From NCBI GenBank assembly GCA_017461635.1, contig JAFTXK010000078.1, forward strand, positions 1-44,959: a stretch of DNA of 44,959 nt, read 5' to 3'. Positions 35,047-44,423 of the stretch are shown here, one piece after another; the first letter of the stretch is position 1; the number at the start of each line of letters is the position of its first letter. The position numbers were made by a program, and so were the translations under genes. The notes under the pieces are model-generated. The model ran no database searches. It was given only the letters and a program-made list of their open reading frames with translations, and was not told the DNA's origin. Source of the DNA: Clostridia bacterium (GTDB lineage: Bacteria; Bacillota; Clostridia; Oscillospirales; CAG-272).

Positions 35047-35883
35047 ATGGAAGCAAATTATGAAATAAAAAAAGAAGAATTCCACTTCAGAACAGAATCA
35101 AATGCGGGAAAGAAAACAACTCTCGAATGTACGGCACACATGCATTATGAGGTGGAATACTGTATTCTTCTCGAAGGCGAGACAATCGTTTATATCGATT
35201 CGGTTGAATATAAAATGCATGCAGGAGATCTCTGCATAGTTTTTCCGAATCAGATACATCAATTCAAGACGATCGGCGAGGAAAAATACATGCTTGCAAT
35301 AGTCAATCCCGATATGATCCCCGAGCTGACAGATACCTTTACGACCCGTGTTCCCCGTTCAGGTATTGTCAGAGCCGAGGAGCTTTTTCCCGGAGCCGCC
35401 GAGATCATGCGAAGGATGGGAGATGTCAATTCCGCCTCGGGTGAATATAAGAGTATTCAGCTTCGCGGTCTTCAGCTTGCATTTTTCGGCGAGCTTATGG
35501 AAAATCTTAGTCTTACCGATGTTAAAAGCGTCAGCTCACATGCGCTGAAAACAGTTGTAAACTACTGCTCCCGTAATTTTTCCCGAGATCTTTCTCTTGC
35601 GATACTTGAAGAGGAGCTGCATATCAGTAAATATTATATTTCCCATCTTTTCAGCATGAAGCTGAAGGTGCGGTTCAATGACTATATCAACTCTCTGCGC
35701 ATAAATGACGCCTGCCGTCAGCTTCGTCAAACCGATAAGACCATCACCGAGATCTCGGAATGTGTCGGTTTCAACACCCTGCGCACCTTCAACCGCGCCT
35801 TCGTTCGGCAGATAGGCATGTCGCCGAGCGAATACCGCCGTCAAGGACCGCAGGTAACCAGATCGGTCTCGATGATAGGTTAA
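35047..35883 (+). CDS. AraC family transcriptional regulator (cupin sensor + HTH)
   Basis: N-terminal cupin-like HMHYEVEYCILLEG. C-terminal HTH_18: ...ISKYYISHLF...INDACRQL...ITEISECVGFNTLRTFNRAFVRQIGMSPSEYR. Confidence 0.9.
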   Translation: MEANYEIKKEEFHFRTESNAGKKTTLECTAHMHYEVEYCILLEGETIVYIDSVEYKMHAGDLCIVFPNQIHQFKTIGEEKYMLAIVNPDMIPELTDTFTTRVPRSGIVRAEELFPGAAEIMRRMGDVNSASGEYKSIQLRGLQLAFFGELMENLSLTDVKSVSSHALKTVVNYCSRNFSRDLSLAILEEELHISKYYISHLFSMKLKVRFNDYINSLRINDACRQLRQTDKTITEISECVGFNTLRTFNRAFVRQIGMSPSEYRRQGPQVTRSVSMIG

Positions 35884-35928
35884 AACAGGGGAAATGCAAT
35901 AGCAAAAAAATGATGAGGTCAAGATATT

Positions 35929-36444
35929 ATGATTATAAGAAAAGCAGAATACTCAGATATTGCGAGTGTCATGGAGATAGTAAACGAAGCGAGGGCTTAT
36001 TTTGCCGCCGCGGGAATTCCGCAATGGCAAGGTGAATATCCCTCGGAGGCTGATTTCAAAGATGACATTGAGGGAGGCAGGCTTTATGTTGCCGAGGACG
36101 GAGAAATCCTCGGCGTATACTGCTATGATACCCGCGGCGATGAGAATTACAATGAAATATTTGAGGGCTCTTTTCGATTGTATGAGCCCTATGCCGCCAT
36201 ACACCGAGTTGCAGTTTCGGGCAAGGCCAAGGGGCGCGGCATTGCGGGAAGAATGGTGGATCACGCCGCGTCTCTTGCTCGCGGGCAAGGCTTCCGCTAT
36301 ATGCGCGGAGATACTCACCGACTGAATATCTCCATGCAGAAAATGCTTACCAAAAACGGCTTTGAGCATCGGGGAATAATCTATCTCGGCGGTAAAAGAG
36401 ACGATGAAAACGAACGCTTTGCCTTTGACAGAGTTTTGAAGTGA
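35929..36444 (+). CDS. GNAT family N-acetyltransferase
   Basis: 171 aa with the acetyl-CoA motif A region HRVAVSGKAKGRGIAGRMV. Confidence 0.88.
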   Translation: MIIRKAEYSDIASVMEIVNEARAYFAAAGIPQWQGEYPSEADFKDDIEGGRLYVAEDGEILGVYCYDTRGDENYNEIFEGSFRLYEPYAAIHRVAVSGKAKGRGIAGRMVDHAASLARGQGFRYMRGDTHRLNISMQKMLTKNGFEHRGIIYLGGKRDDENERFAFDRVLK

Positions 36445-36455
36445 GGAAAAAACGA

Positions 36456-37337
36456 ATGAAAAATGCATATGTTGAAATAACGAATATCTGCAATCTTGAT
36501 TGCGATTTTTGTCCGGGGCACGGTCGAAAACTCAAACATATGACATCCGAGGAATTCAGCAAGGTTGCGGAAAAGCTGAACGGAAGGATAGAAAATCTTT
36601 TTTTGCATCTGATGGGAGAACCTCTGCTTCACCCCGAGCTTGATGGGATACTGAAAACAGCCGACAGAATGGATATTAAGCTGAAGATCACAACAAACGG
36701 TACTCTTCTTTCCATGCAGCTTCCTCTGCTTCTGAAATCAAAAAATCTTCATACCGTCTGCATTTCTCTCCACTCCTTTGGCGGTAATTTTGAAGGCGGA
36801 ATGGCAAAGCAAAAGCTTGAAAAATACCTTCGCGGCTGTCTTGAAGGTGCAAAAAAGCTGGCAAAGCATGGCAAATTTGCTGTTCTTCGCCTTTGGAATC
36901 TTGATGAAAACGGAAATTCAGCTGCCGATTCCTTTAATGCCGAGACAATGCGTCTCATAGGGGAATACTTTCCAAGAGAAAAGGAAGAGTGGGTCAAGAC
37001 ACACCGCGGTGAAAGGGTAGCTACACATGTTTTCATCGAATGGGGCGAACGCTTTGATTGGCCCGATATTACCGATGAAATCCCCGAAGCTGAGGATACG
37101 GGCGAATACGGAAGCGATAATTGCCATGGACTGCTTTCTCAGATCGGTATTCTTTCGGACGGCACTATAGTTCCCTGCTGTCTCGACCGAAACGGTGATA
37201 TTCCTCTCGGAAATATTTTTGATACAGATCTCGAATCCGCTCTTGCTTCCCCTCGTGCAAAAAACATGAAGGAGGCAATGGCGCACCATCGCTTTATCGA
37301 ACCCCTCTGCCGCACCTGCGGTTTTAAGAGGAAATGA
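36456..37337 (+). CDS. Radical SAM protein with a SPASM/twitch-like C-terminal Cys cluster
   Basis: CNLDCDFCPG (CxxxCxxC) at the N-terminus. C-terminal ...DGTIVPCCLD...LCRTCGF. The likely start is ATG 36456. GTG 36441 overlaps the GNAT stop. Confidence 0.85.
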   Translation: MKNAYVEITNICNLDCDFCPGHGRKLKHMTSEEFSKVAEKLNGRIENLFLHLMGEPLLHPELDGILKTADRMDIKLKITTNGTLLSMQLPLLLKSKNLHTVCISLHSFGGNFEGGMAKQKLEKYLRGCLEGAKKLAKHGKFAVLRLWNLDENGNSAADSFNAETMRLIGEYFPREKEEWVKTHRGERVATHVFIEWGERFDWPDITDEIPEAEDTGEYGSDNCHGLLSQIGILSDGTIVPCCLDRNGDIPLGNIFDTDLESALASPRAKNMKEAMAHHRFIEPLCRTCGFKRK

Positions 37338-37384
37338 ACAATAGAGATTACCTGTTTTTACAGCGTATTTGCGCTCTGCTGATA

Positions 37385-37413
37385 TTGACATTCTTAACTG
37401 TTGGTATTATAAT
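37385..37413 (+). promoter_or_regulatory. Consensus sigmaA promoter for the U32-uppP-comM unit
   Basis: TTGACA-17 nt-TATAAT, 30 nt before ATG 37443 (RBS AAAGGAG). Confidence 0.7.
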
Positions 37414-37442
37414 ATATAGGACAAACATCAAAGGAGTTACCT

Positions 37443-38690
37443 ATGCCCGAACTTTTATCCCCTGCGGGGAATTTTGAAAAAATGAAAGCCGCGCTCCTTT
37501 ACGGAGCGGATGCGGTATATCTTGCGGGAAATCTTTTCGGCATGCGTTCTGCTGCCGATAATTTTTCCCAAGACGAGCTCAGAGACGCCGCCGAGTATGT
37601 CCACGCAAGGGGCAAAAAAATATATCTTACAGTCAATACTATGCCGCGAGGTTATGAATATCCTGCCCTTGAGCATTATCTGCATACCATTGCCGATTAC
37701 GGCATTGATGCAATGATAATTGCCGATCTCGGAGTACTGAATACCGTTAAAAAGATCATCCCGGATATGGAGATCCATATTTCAACACAGGCGAGCGCGG
37801 TCAGTGCCGCCGTTTGCCGTGCTTATCATGATCTCGGTGCAAAGAGGGTCGTTCTCGCAAGAGAGCTGACGATGGAGGAGATCATGGAAATAAAGGCTGA
37901 TATTCCAAAGGAGCTTGAGCTGGAAGCATTCATACATGGCTCAATGTGCGTTTCCTATAGCGGAAGATGCACTCTTTCCAACTATCTTACGGGTAGAGAC
38001 GCAAACCGCGGTTCGTGTACCCAGCCCTGCCGCTGGAATTACGCACTTGTTGAGGAAAAAAGACCCGACGTTCCTCTGCCGATAATGGAGACCGAAAACG
38101 GAACCTTTATCCTCGGATCAAAGGATATGTGCATGATAGACCATATTCCCGAACTCATGAAGAGCGGAATCGACAGCTTCAAGATAGAGGGCAGAATGAA
38201 GAGTGCGTACTATACCGCTGTTGTAACCAATGCTTACAGAATGGCGATAGATTCATATAACGCCGATCCGGCAAATTATATCTTTGATTCCGACTGGATG
38301 CGTGAGCTCCATAGCGTAAGCCACCGCGAATATTGCACGGGTTATTATTTTGATCATCCGCTCTCTGCGGCACATCTCGGCACACAGAACGGTTATATCC
38401 GCGATAAGGCTTATTTTGCAACAGCTCTTGGGGATATCGAAATACCCGAAACACTTGAAAGATCAACCGAAAACGGTGTTCTTTATCCCTTCATTCAGCG
38501 CAATAAGGTTTCCATCGGCGATGAATGTGAGCTGATCACCCCCGGCAAGGTTGGCAGAGCCTTCAAGATGAGAGAGCTTTATTCGGAAAAAGGTGATGCT
38601 ATCGAATCTGCACCCCATCCCGCGATGATCTTCTATGCCCGTGTACCATTTGAGGTTCACGAAGGCGATATAATGCGCGCAGGAGAATGA
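37443..38690 (+). CDS. Peptidase U32 family protein
   Basis: MPELLSPAGNFEKMKAALLYGADAVYLAG... and ...EAFIHGSMCVSYSGRCTLSNY...GSCTQPCRW are U32 signature regions. Confidence 0.9.
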   Translation: MPELLSPAGNFEKMKAALLYGADAVYLAGNLFGMRSAADNFSQDELRDAAEYVHARGKKIYLTVNTMPRGYEYPALEHYLHTIADYGIDAMIIADLGVLNTVKKIIPDMEIHISTQASAVSAAVCRAYHDLGAKRVVLARELTMEEIMEIKADIPKELELEAFIHGSMCVSYSGRCTLSNYLTGRDANRGSCTQPCRWNYALVEEKRPDVPLPIMETENGTFILGSKDMCMIDHIPELMKSGIDSFKIEGRMKSAYYTAVVTNAYRMAIDSYNADPANYIFDSDWMRELHSVSHREYCTGYYFDHPLSAAHLGTQNGYIRDKAYFATALGDIEIPETLERSTENGVLYPFIQRNKVSIGDECELITPGKVGRAFKMRELYSEKGDAIESAPHPAMIFYARVPFEVHEGDIMRAGE

Positions 38691-38709
38691 CGAAAGGATA
38701 TTTTTTCTT

Positions 38710-39567
38710 ATGAAGATTTTTATTGAGATCATAAAAACGGTGCTTTACGGCATTGTTGAAGGAATTACGGAATGGCTTCCCATAAGCTCAACCGGACATC
38801 TCATTTTGCTTGAAGAATTTCTGCCCCTTGGGGTCTCCGAGGAGTTTTTTGAGATGTTTGAGGTAGTGATCCAGCTTGGAGCATCACTTGCAGTACTTGG
38901 GCTCTTTTTGCGTACTCTTATGCCAAGGTTCAGAAATACGGGAAAGGACGGATTTTTTCGCTGTGCCGAAAACAAGCGTACCTTTAAGCTTTGGAGCAAA
39001 ATAATCGTTGCCGTTATTCCCTCGGCAGTTATCGGTCTTGCTCTTGATGATTGGTTCAATGAGCATTTTTACAATGCCGAGACCGTTGCGGCTGCTCTTG
39101 CGATCTACGGTATTATTTATATAATCCTCGAAAGTGCGCGCCGAGGAAAAGAACAGGGCATAAGCGATGTCCATGATATTTCATATGCAAAAGCATTGGG
39201 AATGGGATGCTTTCAGGTGCTGGCTCTGATCCCGGGAACTTCGAGATCGGGATCTACCATTCTCGGCGGTCTCCTTCTCGGTCTTTCCAGAAGCGCGGCG
39301 GCTGAAATGTCATTTTTCCTTGCGCTTCCCACTATGCTTGGCGCATCCGCGCTTAAAGCTCTGAAATTTATCCTTGAGGGCAGTGCCATAGGGCTCACGG
39401 AGATCGTGATCCTCATTGTCGGATGCGCGGTTTCTTATCTCGTGTCGGTTATTGCCATCAAGTTCCTTATGGATTTTGTCAAAAAGCATACCTTTATCCC
39501 CTTCGGTATCTACCGCATTCTCCTCGCGGTGCTCGTATTTGCATATTTTGTTCTGATCAAGGGATAA
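38710..39567 (+). CDS. uppP: Undecaprenyl-diphosphate phosphatase
   Basis: ...GIVEGITEWLPISSTGHLIL... and ...PGTSRSGSTI... are BacA/UppP motifs. Confidence 0.92.
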   Translation: MKIFIEIIKTVLYGIVEGITEWLPISSTGHLILLEEFLPLGVSEEFFEMFEVVIQLGASLAVLGLFLRTLMPRFRNTGKDGFFRCAENKRTFKLWSKIIVAVIPSAVIGLALDDWFNEHFYNAETVAAALAIYGIIYIILESARRGKEQGISDVHDISYAKALGMGCFQVLALIPGTSRSGSTILGGLLLGLSRSAAAEMSFFLALPTMLGASALKALKFILEGSAIGLTEIVILIVGCAVSYLVSVIAIKFLMDFVKKHTFIPFGIYRILLAVLVFAYFVLIKG

Positions 39568-39595
39568 ATCACCATCGAAAGGAAGTAAAAACATC

Positions 39596-41134
39596 ATGCT
39601 AACGTCGGTTTTCAGCGCAGGCAACAGCGGCGTTGACGGTTATATTGTGACCGTTGAATGTAATTCGCTTGACATAAGACTTGACAAATATGAAATAGTT
39701 GGCTTGCCCGATGCCGCCGTTAAGGAGGCGAAGGAGCGAGTTCGAACGGCATGTGAAAACAGCGGTTTTCAGTTTCCCGAAAGTGCCATCACCGTCAATC
39801 TTGCCCCTGCAGACAGAAAAAAGGAGGGCTCGGGCTTTGATCTTGCCATCCTTCTCGGTATTCTCGGTTCGAATAATTATCTCGGGAGCGTAAATTTCGA
39901 GGGAAAATGCTTTGTGGGAGAGCTTTCGCTTTCGGGTGAGGTTCGCAGTATCAGGGGCGTTCTATGCATGTGTGCCGCCGCCCGTGACGCAGGCTTTAAG
40001 GAGTTTTATGCTCCCGAGGCAAACGCCGCAGAAGCCGCTTCGGTGGAGGGCATTACCGTTTACGGCGTCAGCGATGTGCGCTCCCTTGCACTTCATCTTT
40101 GCGGTAAAGCACCGATGAAGCCCACAGAATGTGACCGTTCGCTTTTTGAGTCCGATTTGGGCAGATTCGAGCTTGATTTTTCCGACATAAAGGGGCAGGG
40201 AATGGCTAAGCGCGCCATGGAGATTGCCGCCGCAGGCGGTCATAATATCCTTCTCATAGGACCTCACGTTACGGGAAATTCCATGATATCCAAGCGTTTG
40301 CCTTCAATCCTGCCGCCTCTTACATTTGAAGAAGCCATCGAGACAACCAAGATACATTCCGTGGCGGGAATTCTCCCCGAAAAAGTGTCTCTTCTCCGCA
40401 CACGTCCCTTCCGTTCGCCCCATCATACAATGAGTTCGGTGAGCATGGTTGGAGGCGGAGCAAATCCTGTTCCCGGTGAGGTCTCCCTTGCCCACAACGG
40501 AGTGCTTTTCCTCGATGAGCTTCCCGAATATAATAAAAATGTTACCGATGCTCTCCGTCAGCCTCTTGAGGACGGAAAGGTGACTATAACGAGAGTTAAC
40601 GGAAGGGTGACTTATCCCTCAACCTTTATGCTCATTTGTGCTATGAATCCCTGCAAATGCGGTTATTTCGGACATCCCACCGAAAAATGTACCTGCAATC
40701 CTATCTCGGTAAAGAATTATATATCCAAGGTCAGCGGGCCTCTCCTTGACAGGATAGATATCGAGATAGAAATGCCATCGCTTTCCATTGACGAGATGAC
40801 GAGCGATGTGAAAGGCGAAAGCTCGGCAGATATACGCGAAAGAGTTATCCGCGCAAGAAAAATAGCGGCTGAGCGCTTTAAGAGTATGAAGGGTGTTTAC
40901 TGCAATGCCCAGATCAGACCCGGTGCTTCCGCAGAGACGGTGAAAATAAGCGAGGCTTCTCTTGATCTTCTTCGCAAGTCCTTCTCCGCAATCGGTCTCT
41001 CGGCGAGAGCTTACGACCGAATAATCAGAGTTGCGAGAACCATCGCCGACCTTGACGGAAGCGAAACGGTTGAGCCGCCGCATGTCGCCGAAGCGATACA
41101 GTACCGCAGTCTCGACCGTAAATATTGGAGATAA
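39596..41134 (+). CDS. comM: YifB/ComM family Mg-chelatase-like AAA+ protein (Walker A degenerate)
   Basis: N-terminal Lon-protease-like domain (GLPDAAVKEAKERV...APADRKKEGSGFDLAI), AAA+ core (AAAGGHNILLIGP..., GVLFLDELPE) and a C-terminal ARAYDRIIRVARTIADL. The P-loop reads GPHVTGNS. Confidence 0.9.
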   Translation: MLTSVFSAGNSGVDGYIVTVECNSLDIRLDKYEIVGLPDAAVKEAKERVRTACENSGFQFPESAITVNLAPADRKKEGSGFDLAILLGILGSNNYLGSVNFEGKCFVGELSLSGEVRSIRGVLCMCAAARDAGFKEFYAPEANAAEAASVEGITVYGVSDVRSLALHLCGKAPMKPTECDRSLFESDLGRFELDFSDIKGQGMAKRAMEIAAAGGHNILLIGPHVTGNSMISKRLPSILPPLTFEEAIETTKIHSVAGILPEKVSLLRTRPFRSPHHTMSSVSMVGGGANPVPGEVSLAHNGVLFLDELPEYNKNVTDALRQPLEDGKVTITRVNGRVTYPSTFMLICAMNPCKCGYFGHPTEKCTCNPISVKNYISKVSGPLLDRIDIEIEMPSLSIDEMTSDVKGESSADIRERVIRARKIAAERFKSMKGVYCNAQIRPGASAETVKISEASLDLLRKSFSAIGLSARAYDRIIRVARTIADLDGSETVEPPHVAEAIQYRSLDRKYWR

Positions 41135-41145
41135 ATTTTCTAAAC

Positions 41146-41176
41146 AAAAAGGCGGATATCTCCGCCTTTTTGCTTT
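41146..41176. terminator. Bidirectional terminator between comM and the CotF-like gene
   Basis: AAAAAGGCGGA-tatc-TCCGCCTTTTTGCTTTT. Confidence 0.75.
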
Positions 41177-41178
41177 TA

Positions 41179-41637
41179 TCAGCTATACATATTGTTCTGC
41201 TTCATATATGCATAGATCTGCTCGCCGTGCTGCTGTTCCTCTGCCTGGATATGGTTCAGAGTACGGCGGTTTTCGGGACATGCAAATTCAAAAACGCTTA
41301 CATCATAAATGCTTGACGCATGCTTCTCGGTTGCAAGCATATCGGTGCAGAGAAATGCATCCTGCTTTCTGTCCTCTTCATTTTCATAGGAATAAGCAGA
41401 GGTGTTTTTATTATTTGAATTGCCGATAGTCTGAGGCATTACGGGTGTTCCGCCTGCCATCATTTCGTCAATGGTTTTGAGATGCTCGCGCTCGGTCTGC
41501 GCCATGCTCTCGAAAAGAGCCTTCAGCTCGGTGCTCTTTGCCTCTGCGGCATAACGGGTGTATTTATCTATGCAGAGCTGTTCCTGTCCTTTGAGATCCT
41601 TTAAAAGTCCGTTTTCTTTTGTTGTAAGTGTGTTCAT
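41179..41637 (-). CDS. Spore coat protein F (CotF)-like, ferritin-like fold
   Basis: MNTLTTKENGLLKDLKGQEQLCIDKYTRYA...EREH...EEQQHGEQIY. ATG 41637 follows AAGGAGGA. Confidence 0.78.
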   Translation of the reverse strand: MNTLTTKENGLLKDLKGQEQLCIDKYTRYAAEAKSTELKALFESMAQTEREHLKTIDEMMAGGTPVMPQTIGNSNNKNTSAYSYENEEDRKQDAFLCTDMLATEKHASSIYDVSVFEFACPENRRTLNHIQAEEQQHGEQIYAYMKQNNMYS

Positions 41638-41722
41638 TTCATATCCTCCTTGGTTTTGTTCAAATCTATTTTTTCCCACATGATCTTTTGTTATTCATTT
41701 CAAAAAAGTTTTGCAAATAATA

Positions 41723-41751
41723 TTGAACTTTCACATCTATTATGATATAAT
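41723..41751 (+). promoter_or_regulatory. Putative sigmaA promoter for the exonuclease-fusion gene
   Basis: TTGAAC-17 nt-TATAAT with TGn extended -10. Confidence 0.5.
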
Positions 41752-41764
41752 AAGATGTTATATT

Positions 41765-42892
41765 ATGTCTATTACCCGTTTTTATAACGGTTTCGGAGGA
41801 AATATTTTGGAAGAAACACTTAAGCTGCGATCGGGCGCTATTATACCGCTCCTCAAAAAAAGCGACCCCGATTTTCGCAAGTATCTTACCCGTACAACCC
41901 TTTCTCAGCTCCATCTGCTTCCCGGCGGCGACCCCGTTGCGTTCACTTATTCACCTGAGAGCGAGGATGTGGTTTTCTATTTTGACCCTCTGTTTGTTAA
42001 GGAAGCTCCTCCCGAGGCTTGGTACGGCAGAAGCGGCGAGTCAATGACCCTTCCCAGCGGCAATGTTATCGAAAAGATGGGCTCGAGAAGAGCCGCGGAG
42101 AACGGTTTTTATTCGAGGGACCGCCTTGAACAGATGTTTTACCGTCCCATTGAAGAGCCCGTTGCATATACTGTTAAGTCTGACGGCAAAACTGTATTTT
42201 TCTATGATAAGAAGACCGCTCTGCGCCTGCCTATGATGTGCGTTAAATGCGGAAAAGACATTCGGTTTAAGCACAAGCTTTGCAAGGAATGCTATGAAGA
42301 AGAAATGGCGATCCGCCGCGCAGAAGGTGAGATTCACAGAAATGCCTTTTACGGCATGGATCCAAAGAAAATTCTTTTCTTTGACCTTGAGCTCACAGGC
42401 TTTTATGCCCGTGATGAGATCATCTCCATCAGTATCGTTAACGGCGCAGGCGAGCTTGTTATGAATACTCTGGTGAAGCCCGACCATACTAAGAAGTGGA
42501 AAAAGACCGAAAAGATCCATGGAATCACACCCGAAATGGTTGAGGACGCTCCGCTTCTTGCCGATCTCGTGCCAACCATCAAGGATATCTTTGAAAACTG
42601 CGACCGCCTTATAGCTTACGGTGTTTCAACCGACTATAGCCATATCAAGTACATATATGAGACCGAAGAAGAGCAGGAAGCACTGCACGAAAAGGTTCGG
42701 TGCTGTGCCAATGAGTTCGTTCGGTATGCCCATGAAAACCGCCCCGATATCGTTCATGCCAGTCTCATTGATGCTATGGAATGCTTTGATATCGAATGGC
42801 AGGGCGTTCCTCACAGCTCGCTGGCAGATACCTATGCCTGTGCCGCTGTTTGGGATAGACTTTTCCCCAATTATTATAAAAGCGAGGATTGA
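41765..42892 (+). CDS. Protein with an unknown N-terminal domain, a CxxC...CxxC zinc ribbon and a C-terminal DEDDh 3'-5' exonuclease (DnaQ-like) domain
   Basis: ILFFDLELTG (Exo I), AYGVSTDYSHI (Exo II-like), HSSLADTYACA (Exo III, H-x4-D) and CVKCGKDIRFKHKLCKEC. The start is uncertain: ATG 41765 has no RBS, while TTG 41807 lies 6 nt after GGAGGA. Confidence 0.7.
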   Translation: MSITRFYNGFGGNILEETLKLRSGAIIPLLKKSDPDFRKYLTRTTLSQLHLLPGGDPVAFTYSPESEDVVFYFDPLFVKEAPPEAWYGRSGESMTLPSGNVIEKMGSRRAAENGFYSRDRLEQMFYRPIEEPVAYTVKSDGKTVFFYDKKTALRLPMMCVKCGKDIRFKHKLCKECYEEEMAIRRAEGEIHRNAFYGMDPKKILFFDLELTGFYARDEIISISIVNGAGELVMNTLVKPDHTKKWKKTEKIHGITPEMVEDAPLLADLVPTIKDIFENCDRLIAYGVSTDYSHIKYIYETEEEQEALHEKVRCCANEFVRYAHENRPDIVHASLIDAMECFDIEWQGVPHSSLADTYACAAVWDRLFPNYYKSED

Positions 42893-42894
42893 TC

Positions 42895-43203
42895 ATGTTT
42901 TTTGATAAGCTTTTCGGAACAGACAGACCTGCACCGCCCCAGACAGATAATGTTAAGCTTCTTACAACTGTCCATTCCCCCGAGGAAAGAGCCGTTATCG
43001 AGAGTGTTTTGCGCAGTGCTGAGATCCCCTATCTTGCAAGAGAAAGAGGGGCAGGCGAGGTAGTACGCATAGTTATGGGTTCAAATGCAACCCTCGGATG
43101 CGATATCTATGTCGATGAGGAAAAATTTGAGGAAGCAATTGAGCTGATCTCCTTCGAGGAAATAGATGATGAAGAACCCGAGGAAGGCTCGGAAGAGCTG
43201 TGA
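42895..43203 (+). CDS. DUF2007-like small protein with an acidic C-terminal tail
   Basis: The core ...LLTTVHSPEERAVIESVLRSAEIPYLARERG... resembles the putative signal-transducing DUF2007 fold. ATG 42895 lies 6 nt after GAGGA and is adjacent to the upstream stop codon (TGA 42890-42892, 2 nt gap). Confidence 0.6.
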   Translation: MFFDKLFGTDRPAPPQTDNVKLLTTVHSPEERAVIESVLRSAEIPYLARERGAGEVVRIVMGSNATLGCDIYVDEEKFEEAIELISFEEIDDEEPEEGSEEL

Positions 43204-43247
43204 TATTTTCAAAATTCAAAAATTAAAAAAGAGAGATAAAACTAAAA

Positions 43248-44423
43248 ATGAAAGAGATTTTTCTTTGTAAATGCGGCGAGATCGTTCTTAAGGGCGCAAA
43301 TCACAGCTTTTTTGAGAATGCTCTCATAAAGGAGCTAAAATTCCGTCTGCGTTCTTATGGGTCCTTTAAAGTCTCGCATTCCCAGAGTACCGTTTATGTT
43401 GAACCCACCTCAGAGGTGGATCTCGATGCGGTCTTTGACGCGCTTACCAGAGTTTTCGGCATCGTCACCATCGAACGTGCCGCCGTTGCCGAGAAGGATA
43501 TTGACAAGATAAAGGAAACCATTCGTGAATATATTCCCCGTTTTCTTGCGGACAAAAAGACATTTAAGGTTGAAGCCAAGCGCGCCGACAAGCGTTTTCC
43601 GCTGAAATCTCCCGAGATCGCGGCTGAAAGCGGCGGAGCGGTTCTTTCCGCATGTCCTTTTCTGAGAGTAAATGTTAAAGCTCCGGAGGTTGTTGTTCGT
43701 GTTGAGGTTCGTGAAACAGCCGCATATATCAGCGCAGGCTCATTTAAGGGCGCGGGCGGTATGCCCGTGGGAACAAACGGCAAGGGACTGCTGCTCCTCT
43801 CGGGCGGCATAGATTCTCCGGTTGCGGGCTATATGATGGCAAAGCGCGGAGTAAAAATAGACGCGGTCCATTTTGAAAGCTTTCCATATACCAGCGAGCG
43901 TGCTAAAGAGAAGGTTCTGGAGCTGGCAAAGCTGGTTACAAGATATTCGGGCAGTATGCTCGTTCATGTGGTTTCACTGACAAAGATACAGGAAGAGCTT
44001 GTGAAAAACTGCGACGAAGAGTATTTTACCCTTCTTCTTCGCCGCTACATGATGGCGATTGCTGAAAAGATTGCCGAAAAGAATGACTGTCTTGCACTTA
44101 TCACCGGCGAGAGCGTAGGTCAGGTTGCATCCCAGACTATGCAGGCTATCGCCGTGACCAATGCTACGGTAAATATGCCCGTCTTCCGTCCCTGCATAGG
44201 CATGGATAAGGAGGAGATAGTTCAGATCGCGCGCAAAATCGATACCTTTGAAACATCCATCCAGCCATATGAGGACTGCTGTACGGTTTTCACGCCCCGA
44301 CATCCTAAAACCAAGCCCGAGCTCCCTAAAGTCATCGAGCAGGAAAAGAAGCTGGATTTCGATGCTCTCGTAGCCGAAGCTGTAGAAACCAAAACCGAGG
44401 TCTATATCCCTGCGGACGTATAA
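43248..44423 (+). CDS. thiI: tRNA 4-thiouridine(8) synthase ThiI (no rhodanese domain)
   Basis: N-terminal ferredoxin-like/THUMP region and the PP-loop SGGIDSPVAGYMMAKRG, 391 aa. Confidence 0.93.
   Translation: MKEIFLCKCGEIVLKGANHSFFENALIKELKFRLRSYGSFKVSHSQSTVYVEPTSEVDLDAVFDALTRVFGIVTIERAAVAEKDIDKIKETIREYIPRFLADKKTFKVEAKRADKRFPLKSPEIAAESGGAVLSACPFLRVNVKAPEVVVRVEVRETAAYISAGSFKGAGGMPVGTNGKGLLLLSGGIDSPVAGYMMAKRGVKIDAVHFESFPYTSERAKEKVLELAKLVTRYSGSMLVHVVSLTKIQEELVKNCDEEYFTLLLRRYMMAIAEKIAEKNDCLALITGESVGQVASQTMQAIAVTNATVNMPVFRPCIGMDKEEIVQIARKIDTFETSIQPYEDCCTVFTPRHPKTKPELPKVIEQEKKLDFDALVAEAVETKTEVYIPADV

Noticed and set aside
34606-35056. Minus-strand ORFs (145 and 70 aa) opposite the 3' end of the lipoprotein gene
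   Set aside because: They are an artefact of the biased Arg/Pro/Gln-rich coding repeat on the + strand, with no RBS or start context.
35953-36468. 171-aa minus-strand ORF exactly mirroring the GNAT gene
   Set aside because: The + strand product has clear GNAT motifs and an RBS. The antisense frame is a shadow ORF.
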